Origin: Mobula birostris
Taxonomy: Eukaryota
Direction of reading: 5' to 3'
Assembly (NCBI RefSeq): GCF_030028105.1
Contig: NC_092382.1
Span: forward strand, 100,828,699-100,892,698
DNA: 64,000 bases
Each line of letters starts with the position of its first letter. The first letter of the stretch is position 1. Positions 56,538 through 64,000 of the stretch are shown piece by piece. The translations under genes were made by a program, and so were the position numbers. The notes beneath the pieces are model-generated. The model was not told where the DNA came from, searched no databases, and was given only the letters and a program-made list of their open reading frames with translations.

Positions 56538-56576
56538 AGTTTTTGTCGGGTGGCTGCTTTTCTCTCAGCCACTGTG
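56538..56576 (-). other. Recombination signal sequence (23-RSS) of V1
   Basis: The minus strand reads heptamer CACAGTG (56576-56570), a 23-nt spacer GCTGAGAGAAAAGCAGCCACCCG, and nonamer ACAAAAACT (56546-56538). It directly follows the codons for C-A-W-S-P. Confidence 0.96.
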
Positions 56577-56998
56577 AGGACTCCAGGCGCAGAAGTACAG
56601 GCCCGACTGATTGGCCCACAGTTCGTCGGCTCTCAGAATGAAAGTCTTTTCCTTCGGTCTCCGGGCGATGAAACCTTCGACTGATTTCTCCGTGTTCACT
56701 GCGCCGGTTGCTATGGAGTAGAACAGGTTCCGGGGCGCCCCCTCCCCCGGGTATTGCCGATACCAGTACATGTATGGATCGCTGCCGCCGCCGGTCAGGG
56801 CGCAGTTCAGTTGGACCTCCTTCCCCGGCGGTGCGGAAACAGCGGGCGGTGTCTGCTCGATGCTCCACGAGCTCGCCTCTGGCAGCAGAGGGGAACGGTT
56901 AGTAAGCGGGGAGACCCCCGGGGGACGGAGAATGAACCGCGTACGCTGAACGGAGAAATTGAGAGTGGGCAAACCAAAGAGCGGCAGAGCATGTGAGC

Positions 56999-57035
<37 letters not shown>

Positions 57036-57350
57036 AAGTGTCTGCGTGTGAGGGACAGACAAAGAGAAATAAAGAAAGAGAGAGAGAGAGATAGAGGGGG
57101 ACACGGAAATCGAGAGAATGCAAGAGCGAGACAGAGGAAAGAGAGTGTGAGGAGAGAGAGAGAGACAGTGGGAGAGAGACAGAGAGAGAGAGAGAGTTCT
57201 GAGAATATTGAAAATGAAAAGAGACATCAGGAATTGTGGACACCGAGCTCGGGAGCTCGATTTTGTATTCAATGCTTTAAGTTTGCTTGATTGGGTTTAC
57301 TTACCAGCGCAGTCGACAATCAATCCCAGTAACACGGCGACGATTTTCAT
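56577..57350 (-). CDS. TRBV: T-cell receptor beta V gene segment V1 (TRBV30-like), intact: leader exon 57350-57305, intron 57304-56879, V exon 56878-56577
   Basis: Leader MKIVAVLLGLIVDCA plus G, followed by a GTAAGT donor (phase 1). The acceptor is CTAAC...CCCCTCTGCTGCCAG. The spliced product is ...CA-E-ASSWSIEQTPPAVSAPPGKEVQLNCALTGGGSDPYMYWYRQYPGEGAPRNLFYSIATGAVNTEKSVEGFIARRPKEKTFILRADELWANQSGLYFCAWSP. It has the canonical Ig-V Cys, WYRQ and YxC, and is followed by a 23-RSS. The LFYS, RP...FIL and CAWS motifs match mammalian TRBV30. Confidence 0.9.
57002..57196. repeat. (GA)n and GA-rich low-complexity tract within the V1 intron
   Basis: Pure (AG)n at about 57002-57031, then degenerate GAGA/GACA to about 57196. 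Confidence 0.92.
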
Positions 57351-57405
57351 CGTGGGGATCTGGCTGCCGCTGTGACCGGCAGTCGTGCGCTGTTATCTCA
57401 GGCTC

Positions 57406-57541
57406 TGACATCAGCGAAACAGCAGAAGCGTGGCGGGAGTGAGGGAGATGATCTCTCGGTCCAACCCCCAAGCAGTCGGCGCGGGAGGCCGGGTGTGGAC
57501 TGACTTCAGCAAACGCGCATTGTGATTGGCTGGACGCCGTC
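57406..57541 (-). promoter_or_regulatory. V1 promoter region: decamer/CRE-like GCTGATGTCA (57415-57406) and CCAAT-box block (57511-57541)
   Basis: TGATGTCA lies ~56 bp upstream of the ATG and resembles the Vbeta promoter decamer AGTGAYRTCA. AAACGCGCATTGTGATTGGCTGGACGCCGTC is conserved upstream of V2 (63831-63861). Confidence 0.55.
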
Positions 57542-57835
57542 AGAGGCAGTGTGGAGAATACGCCCCGGTAAGAGAGTGTCGGACACTCCTCATTTAGCAC
57601 CACCGCGCAGTTCGATTGGCGCAGGTCTGTCCTGATGGGAAATCTCCACCGGAGACGCTTGAATCGACTGGTCGGCAATGTCTTTTCGAAGTGTTGCTTA
57701 CTGAGAGTCATCCTTGGTTGTGATCGGCCGCTTTGAGCTGAAAGCTTGCACCACGGGTGAATTCGAAGAAGCAAGAAATTATCAGATAAAGCTCTTTGCA
57801 CATAATTTAGCAGTGTCGTTTTCTATTTCTGCCCG

Positions 57836-58200
57836 GTAAGGCAGTCAGCATAACCTAAGACCACACACCCGCCCCGAAAATTCAAACCTTCTAACCTTCC
57901 CACCGGGCAGGACAGGCAAGACCTTGACGTCGCGTCCCACCAGGCCCATGGACGGCTTCTACCCGTTGTTATTAGACTATTGATCGGTCCACCGAGTACG
58001 ATAAGATGGTCTTCCGACTCCACACCCGACTTCGTCGTGACTCTTTCCACCTCATTGCCTTCCCGCCCTCCGCTCTCTCCCGGTAACTGTGACAGTTTAA
58101 TCTGCGTTCTGTTATTGTTTGACCTTGTTCTACCTCGGTGTCCGACCTGCGTGAGCAACACTTAAACTAGATCTCTGTACACGTGGAAGCAGGTATGACA
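57836..58200 (+). mobile_element. Decayed Rex/Babar-like LINE 3' fragment (ORF end plus 3'UTR)
   Basis: The broken translation KAVSI...FPPGRTGKTLTSRPTRPMDGFYP resembles the KAASII...LPSGRR.RS...TTRLKDSFYP C-terminus. It is followed by a pyrimidine-rich UTR-like tract. Confidence 0.5.
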
Positions 58201-58728
58201 ACGAGAGGCAACTGCAGACGGAGAGACGCATGCAATGGCACAAGCGGGCGGATAGCTCAGCGGGCTGATTTATACTTATGCCTCAAATGGACGCCCGTAA
58301 CCTAAGCAAGTGGCCTACTCGCTTTCTGCGCTTTGGTGCATCTGCGTCTTTGCGCAAGTCGGGCACGTCGCGCACGCGCACACGCCTACCCGCGCAAGGC
58401 TTCATGGTCATGGTAGTCTTTCTTGGGGTAGGCCAGTTTAAAGCGTGCGCATTTTTTCGTAAAAGCGAAGGGAGTCTTCCATAATTTCGGAGGCCTGTCA
58501 TAATTTCTTCCCTGCCCTTCAGTCGCCCAATGGGAAGCTACTGAAGCCTAGGAGGAAAAGCGATGCAACCAAGCGGACCAACCAGAGTTGTTTCGGTCTG
58601 CTTTGCCACGACGCGTAGTTACATTTGGGAGAGTGCCTTTCGTTCCAGGCATCAGCCTGCTGGCATCAATTTACCAGACGCCGAAACGCATGCGCACAAA
58701 TACCCAGACGCAGACGTACACTGGCGCA

Positions 58729-58750
58729 CAGACAGACAGACAGACAGACA

Positions 58751-58784
<34 letters not shown>

Positions 58785-58802
58785 TTCTTCTCTCTCTCTC
58801 TC
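58729..58802. repeat. Compound microsatellite (CAGA)n(CA)n(CT)n
   Basis: Directly visible runs. Confidence 0.95.
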
Positions 58803-58834
58803 TTTCGCACTCAGTATCTCGGTACGCGTCTTCA

Positions 58835-58975
58835 TAAAGCAGCCACCCACCTGTTCTCTGTTCCCCATCTACCATTCTCTGTTCCCCATCTACCATCGAG
58901 CAGAAAGGTCCCAAGGCACTACCGCCCCTGATCAAGGAATCAAGGACGGCTTTTACCCCGCAGCTGATGACTCCG
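58835..58975 (+). mobile_element. Short Rex/Babar-like LINE fragment with an internal 21-bp tandem duplication
   Basis: Translation fragments KAA..HLFS.LPSSRK and IKDGFYPA match the same C-terminal motif. TTCTCTGTTCCCCATCTACCA occurs at 58854-58874 and again at 58875-58895. Confidence 0.5.
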
Positions 58976-59247
58976 AAGCCGCGAGAGAGACCGATCCTCC
59001 TCGGCACCAGCGGCGGCGCAGGAGTTAACTGTCAGCGGTCCGACTGCCTTAGCAACCAGAAGGTTATGGAATGCTGAAAGGAAAGATCTTTACATCAAGG
59101 CGCCACGGAGCAGTTTCTGAGGACAGTGGCAATATCTGGGGTTTTTTTGTGTGTGTTTGGTAAATGCAGTTAACGTATATGTTATTTTCGACAGACAACT
59201 GCACGCCACTCCTCAGCCTTACGTCACTCCATCAGCTGATCCACTAA

Positions 59248-59434
59248 CGGTACCGCAGCAGTGAGCACGAAGCTCTTCGGGTTTGGGGGGGCGTTGGAGA
59301 TGGGAGTCTTCTGAAGGGAGTTTTCACGCCCTCCCCGTGGAATGCGTGTTTTTTCCGCTTGGTGTCCCGATATCTCCCCACAGTCCGAAGACCTACCTAT
59401 TAGTCATTGTCATTATAAACTGTCCCGTGATTAG
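59248..59434 (+). mobile_element. Decayed tRNA-derived SINE (V-SINE/HE1-like core)
   Basis: A-box-like start CGGTACCGCAGCAGTGAGCAC, then CTCCCCGTG..GCGTG..TTTTCCGCTTGGTGTCCCGATATCTCCCCACAGTCCGAAGAC, resembling the V-domain core, then AAACTGTCCCGTGATTAG. Confidence 0.55.
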
Positions 59435-59575
59435 ATTAGATTATGAGGACACTCAGTCCTCGTTTATTGTCATTTAGAAATACATGCGTTAAAAATGATA
59501 CAATGTTCCTCCGGTATGATATCACAAGAAACACAGGACAAACCAAGACTGAAACTGACAAAACCAAATAGCATA
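59430..59575 (-). mobile_element. 3' tail of a non-LTR retroelement ending in (TCTAA)n
   Basis: The minus strand ends ...AAACGAGGACTGAGTGTCCTCATAATCTAATCTAAT. Short tandem-repeat tails are typical of CR1/L2/Rex-clade 3' ends. Confidence 0.45.
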
Positions 59576-59750
59576 TGTGGGGTTTGTGGGGATGTGGGGA
59601 TGGGGTGACGCTTAAATGGAATTAAGTGAAATATCTTTATTGTAATTTCATAGTACAATTTGTCATGCACCAATACAGCAAAACTGAGCTTGCAACTCTG
59701 TTGCTCAATGCTATAAAACAACAAATAAAAAAACAAGAAATAAAATTTAT

Positions 59751-60270
59751 TGTTCTGGTCACCGAATGATAGGAAAGATGTCAATGGAATTGAGAGAGCA
59801 CAGCGGAGGTTTACTGAAATGTTGCCTGGGTTTCATCTCCTAACTCACAGAGAAAGGTTGAACAAGTTAGATCTTTATTCTCTGTAGCGTAGAAGGTTGA
59901 GGGGGAACTTGATAGAGGTGTTTAAAATTATGAGGGGGATTGATAGAGATGACGTGGATAGGCTTTTTCCATTGAGAGTGGGGGAGATTCAAACAGGAGG
60001 ACATGAGTTGAGAGTAAAAGGGCAAAAGTTTAGGGGTAACACGAGGGGGAAATTCTTTACTCAGAGAGTGGTGGCTGTGTGGAACGAGAAGTGGCTGGGG
60101 CAGGTTCGATGTTGTCGTTTAAAGTTATATTGAGTAGATATATGGACAGGAAAGGAATGGAGGGTTATGGGCTGAGTGAAGGTCGGTGGGAGTATTTGTA
60201 AGTAAGAGTTCGGCACGGACTAGAAGGGCCGAGATGGCCTGTTTCTGTGCTGTAATTGCTTTATGGTTAT
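59751..60270 (+). mobile_element. 5'-truncated CR1 LINE 3' end (ORF2 C-terminus plus 3'UTR), a different subfamily from the satellite parent
   Basis: Translates as LYSL*RRRLRGNLIEVFKIMRGIDRDDVDRLFPLRVGEIQTGGHELRVKGQKFRGNTRGKFFTQRVVAVWNE. The 3'UTR ends GGGCCGAGATGGCCTGTTTCTGTGCTGTAATTG..TATGGTTAT (CR1-type hairpin and tail). Confidence 0.9.
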
Positions 60271-60344
60271 AAAATCAAGTAGCCAGCCAGGACAAGCAAT
60301 GGCCGGCAGTACAAAAGCTCAACTCAGATGCATGACAGCCATAA

Positions 60345-60947
60345 AACCCCTATTAAAAGTAGCAATATAGCAATTTATGGATGGTGCTCGATCGATTGGT
60401 TCAGAGCAATTACAGCTCTCGGGGGAAAAAACTATTCTTCGTTCTGAAAGTGCGGGCATAGAAAATCCTATGACGTCTGCCGGGTGGAAGAAGTTCAAAC
60501 AGATGACTGCACGGGCGTGTTTGGTCCTTCCAGATGCTTGTAGCTTTCCTGAGGCAGCGAGAGCTCTAGGTGTCCTCCAGGGCTGGGGAGCTGTGCCCCG
60601 ATGATCTTCTGTGCGCTAGAGCCGACCCGCTGAAGTGACTTCCTATCAATTGAGATACCACAAAGAGATGCAGTATGTTAAGATGCCCTCTATGGTGCAG
60701 CGGTAAAAGGCATCTGTTCAGGCAGACCATCTTTCTTCAGCGTCCCGAGGGAAAACAAGCGTTGCTGTGCTTTCTTAATTGTTGTCGTGGTGTTAGTGGA
60801 CCATGCCATGGGGATTCCTAGAATCCTGAAACTCGACGCTCTCCCCACTAAGTCTCCGTTAATGTAGACTGGAGCGTACTCGTCATCCCGTGACTTTCCA
60901 AAGTTGATAATTAGCTCCTTTGTCTTTGCTGTATTCAGAGACAGGTT
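60345..60947 (-). mobile_element. Rex/Babar-like LINE reverse transcriptase C-terminal pseudogene fragment
   Basis: Minus-strand frames give NLSLNTAKTKELIINFGK..APVYINGDLVGRASSFRILG..WSTNTTTTIKKAQQRLFSL, then CTIEGILTYCISLWY..RKSLQRV..AQKIIG..HLFELLPPGRRHR..RTKNSFFPRAVIALN, with frameshifts. Confidence 0.8.
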
Positions 60948-61201
60948 TGCTGGGACCGACGGGCCAGTTCCGCGAGATGTCTCCAAATGGATAATTGTTT
61001 GGAAGGTGGAAGGAGAGAAATACGGTCGGACTGCTTTGCTGGGGGCGGTTCAGCACGCCTGCAACTCATTTAACCCCTCACCTGCATACGTTTCTAACGT
61101 GGGTCGAGACCGCAGCGCGAGGAGGAGACCCACGCGGTCCCGCGGAGGATGACCGGACCCCTTGCAGACAGCGGCGGCAATTGATCAGGGGACGTTGGCT
61201 C

Positions 61202-61868
61202 TGTAACAACCTTTCGCTACCCGCTACCCTCCCGGGCCGGCCCACGGTTTAGATATGCATAATGTTCCTGTTGTCTGCGTCTAGCCTCCTGGTCAGACTC
61301 AGGTTCGCTTTCGTCTAGGGGCAGCAGCCTTCGGCCCCGCCAGAATAAGTAATCAAGTTACCCCACACCGCCAACTGACAGACAACACACGATGTACGAT
61401 TTACAGATCACACTTTATAGACCTTACTGGGAACTATGTAATTAATAGAGATACAATATAAAGGAAAGTAAAAGGCGCCAGACTTATCAATGTTCAACCA
61501 CTTCGTGCACAACCGTTGGAGCTCATTTAGCGGGGTTTTCTTTCCACCGTTCGAACCTCTCCGACCCCCTCGACCCGCCGCCTGGGACCAACCAGGGTGG
61601 TCGATCAGAGGGCGCCCAGCACGTCCTTCCGGTTCTCCTCCCGAAATACCCGCGCACTCACCCAGGTTCCCACACAGACAGATAGAATAACATGGACACT
61701 CATTGGTTCGTTCCCTCCCCTGTCAATTATAACCCAAACAAACAGCCACCCCACCCAACACGCATGCAGTTATAAGCAGCAATACCACAGAGATAGACAT
61801 CCCGAACCGCAATTCCACGGACACACAGCAGCACTGATTTAAACAGAGCGATCGCACAGCACCCTACA
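61202..61868 (-). mobile_element. LTR-like element A (~667 bp, TGTA...TACA)
   Basis: Inverted termini: TGTAAC at 61202 and CCTACA at 61868. It shares colinear motifs with LTR B (CAGCCTTCGGCCCCGCCA, AAAGGCGCCA, CGTTGGAGCTC, AGAATAACAT, AATTATAACCCA). No TSD found. Confidence 0.6.
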
Positions 61869-61877
61869 AAAATCCAC

Positions 61878-61895
61878 ATCCCGGACGAGCCCCCA
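61878..61895 (-). other. tRNA-Pro primer-binding site
   Basis: The minus strand reads TGGGGGCTCGTCCGGGAT, the 18-nt PBS-Pro used by MLV-type retroviruses. It begins 3 nt after the terminal CA of LTR B. Confidence 0.88.
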
Positions 61896-61898
61896 TAA

Positions 61899-62583
61899 TG
61901 TAGCCTCCTGCTTCAGGCTCGCTCTGCTCGCTTTTGTCGAGGGGAGCAGCCTTCGGCCCCGCCAAACTGGCGAATCAAGTTTGTGTGGATGCTGTGTGAT
62001 TGAACCCCACAACGCAAAGTAGCAGACAGTACACCATATGCGATTTAATGACACACTTTATAAGTATTTCTTGGTGATGGGTGAGTAGAAACAAGTACAA
62101 TAAAGGCGCCAAGTCAGTAACTCTATCAGTTCTGTGCACAAATAATTCGTTGGAGCTCCTACAGAACCGGGTCTCCCTTTCCTCCAGTCGATGTCCTCAG
62201 AACTCCGCCGACCCTCGAATGGGATCACACGAGGTTGTCCTCGTCTCCGCCGCTCGCCGAAGACCCTGGGCCTCGGACTCCCGCCCGGGCTCCTTTCCGT
62301 CGCCCAGCTTACAGCATCGCGTCTGCTCTCTCTGTCCTCATCGCGCCTTCTCCCCAAATCCCGCGAAAACAATAGCTTACAAACACACAAGAAAGAATAA
62401 CATCCATCCCAATTGGTTTGCAAATGAATGCAGTTCCCGTTATCAGTAATTATAACCCAGACATGCTGCTGCCGTGAATCACTGTCACAGCAGTTAACAG
62501 TACAGAGAAGCCACTTTATTATACCTAACAAAGAAACCATTTTATTAGCTTCAGCAGTAATACAAAAGAAGAAACTCGTTACA
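61899..62583 (-). mobile_element. LTR B (~685 bp), 5' LTR of a tRNA-Pro-primed LTR element
   Basis: The minus strand starts TGTAAC (62583) and ends GCTACA (61899). It is followed immediately by the PBS-Pro and is homologous to LTR A. Confidence 0.75.
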
Positions 62584-62591
62584 TGTGTCTC

Positions 62592-62667
62592 TGTTGTCAG
62601 TCATGTATTGGCTACGAGTGACGTGCCTTCAACAGCAAACGTCACTTCCTCTCTTCCCATCCACCCC
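62592..62667. promoter_or_regulatory. Conserved non-coding block beyond the V2 RSS (CRE half-sites plus ETS-like ACTTCC)
   Basis: TGTTGTCAGTCATGTATTGGCTACGAGTGACGT...AACGTCACTTCCTCTC...CCACCCC is homologous to 56461-56510. Confidence 0.5.
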
Positions 62668-62698
62668 TTCTTCCCAGCACTACCAGTCAACAGTAGTC

Positions 62699-62741
62699 GT
62701 TTTTTGTGGCGTCCCCCCCCCCATTTTTCTCAGGCACTGTG
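62699..62741 (-). other. Aberrant RSS of V2 (27-nt spacer)
   Basis: Heptamer CACAGTG (62741-62735), a 27-nt spacer containing a G10 run (62734-62708), and nonamer ACAAAAAAC (62707-62699). Confidence 0.85.
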
Positions 62742-63535
62742 ACGCCTCCAGGCGCAGATGTACAGGGCCGACTGACTGGCCCAAACGCCGCCGGATTCCA
62801 GAATGAACCTTCGTTTTTCAGGCCTCCTGCCGGTGAAAGCATCGATGGGCTTATCCGGATCCACAGCGTGTGCAAACATAGAGTAGAACAGATTCTGCGG
62901 AGCCGCTCCCGCGTGTTGGCGATGCCAGTACAGTTTGGGATCGCCGCTGCTCACGTTCACGGTGCAGCTCAGTGCGACTGGCTTCCCGGGCAGTGCGGAC
63001 GCGGCGGGCTGTGTCTGCTGGATGTCCCCACGCATTCACGGCTGGCAGGGAGAATCGGAGAGAGTCAAGGTCACTGAGCATGGGGAGCCGGGGTGTAAGG
63101 AGACACCGCGATTGATGAACGGAGAAATCGGGAGCAGATGCGAGATGGAGGGGTGTGACTGGCGCGGAGAGAAAATGGGGGATGGGGTGGGAGAAAGAGA
63201 GAGAGAGATATCGATGGATAGATAGAGATGAAGATAGATAGATAGAGATAAATAGATCAATAGGGAGAGATAAATAAGTAGAGAGATAAATAGATAGACG
63301 GCGATAATTCCACAGATAAAGAGATAAATAGATAGAGAGCGACAATTAGATAGAAAGATAAACAGATAGAGAGATGAGCAGAGGATATTGGTAAACGAGT
63401 GAGAAAGATCGGGAATTTTGAAAGAAAAAAAGAGATGGGGGACTGACTGGAAGAAGCGGACCAGTCGGCCACGATTTTCCTGCTAGCACCCGCGCAGTCG
63501 TGAAGAATTAAGCCCGAACTGAATATTAATTTCAA
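62742..63535 (-). pseudogene. TRBV: T-cell receptor beta V segment V2 (TRBV30-like), probable pseudogene
   Basis: The V frame reads DIQQTQPAASALPGKPVALSCTVNVSSGDPKLYWHRQHAGAAPQNLFYSMFAHAVDPDKPIDAFTGRRPEKRRFILESGGVWASQSALYICAWRR. The acceptor CCCTGCCAG (63042) matches that of V1, but there is one extra G (TGGGGAC, 63030-63024), so a phase-1 splice stops at TAA 62853-62851. Both candidate leaders (TTG 63535, AGG 63481) lack ATG. Confidence 0.82.
63197..63375. repeat. GATA/GAGA-rich degenerate microsatellite in the V2 intron
   Basis: Repeated GATAGA/GATAAATAGA units. Confidence 0.88.
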
Positions 63536-63780
63536 ACGTATTGCAACATATACCCTTAAAACAATGCAAATAAAGTAGCAAATATTACGAGATATCTGAT
63601 TTGCGCAGAAATGGAATACAGTATCTTCATATTTGCGGATTTGAAGATCTTAATTTCTCAAGGATCGAGTATTCAAATTTTAGACTTGGCAGCAGGGTTT
63701 TACTGACCTGGACAATGAAGAATGAAACCCAGTATGACGGCGTAGTTTCTCATTTTAGGGATTTATCAGCCGTCTCAGAA

Positions 63781-63861
63781 TCTTGGTCCAACCCTGAATC
63801 TATCTGTGGTGAAGCGGAGACAAAGTTAGCAAACGTGCGTTGTGATTGGCTCGCCGCCGTC
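63781..63861 (-). promoter_or_regulatory. V2 upstream block homologous to the V1 promoter (CCAAT box)
   Basis: TCTTGGTCCAACCC (63781) matches TCTCGGTCCAACCC (57453). AGCAAACGTGCGTTGTGATTGGCTCGCCGCCGTC matches AGCAAACGCGCATTGTGATTGGCTGGACGCCGTC. Confidence 0.55.
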
Positions 63862-64000
63862 CAACCCGCAGCCGAAAAACCGGCAGGGCTATGTGACGTT
63901 CTTTATCTCGCCCCGCCGTGACGCATGAATGGAAAAAAAGACCACAAAGATTTTATTCACATAAATTGTGAACCCCGGCTATCGGAGTGAGCGTGGCCCC

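Noticed and set aside
56565-57272. 235-aa ORF as a single-exon gene
   Set aside because: The N-terminal 130 aa are the V1 intron (TC microsatellite) read through in frame. The real structure is leader exon plus V exon.
58262-58440. Possible DNA-transposon end (GGCTGATTTATACTT) and an 11-bp imperfect inverted repeat (58308-58318 / 58428-58438)
   Set aside because: No matching second terminus or TSD was found in the window, and the inverted repeat is too short to call without a library search.
59121-59150. Possible additional RSS (GACAGTG ... GGTTTTTTTGT)
   Set aside because: The heptamer lacks the essential CAC, the two motifs are in incompatible orientations, and no D/J-like coding segment is adjacent.
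62730-63035. ATG at 63035 as a true start giving an intact leaderless V2
   Set aside because: It lies inside the V exon just after the splice acceptor and would yield no signal peptide. It is in frame only because of the extra G.
55668-63921. Remaining ORFs of 60-183 aa in the unique region
   Set aside because: They overlap microsatellites, retroelement fragments or the antisense strand of V exons, and show no recognisable domain or splice structure.

Overview
Eukaryotic (vertebrate) DNA, by inference from a cartilaginous fish such as a ray, skate or shark. Bases 1-55371 are one uninterrupted tandem satellite of about 900 monomers, 59-63 bp each (consensus 61 bp: GGAAACATCCTCTCCACATCCACTCTATCTGTGTCCTCTGGTCCTAGACTCCCCCACTACA). 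The array runs off the left edge and has nested higher-order duplications with offsets of about 1.4-1.5, 3.0, 5.5-5.9, 10.0 and 12.69 kb. On the minus strand the monomer is a piece of the CR1 LINE ORF2 C-terminus (DRVDVERMFP[I/V]VGESRTRGH). The array joins in frame to a 5'-truncated CR1 remnant at 55372-55537, so the satellite appears to sit on the element it arose from. The last 8.6 kb hold two minus-strand T-cell receptor beta V segments resembling TRBV30. V1 is intact, with leader, intron, V exon and a 23-bp-spacer RSS. V2 has no ATG in its leader, a +1 frameshift and a 27-bp RSS spacer. The two V units share conserved non-coding blocks upstream and just beyond the RSS. Between them are decayed CR1, Rex/Babar-like, SINE, Penelope-like and LTR fragments, including a perfect tRNA-Pro primer-binding site. 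Nearly all other ORFs in the track are repeat artefacts. Family names come from motif recognition, not database searches.
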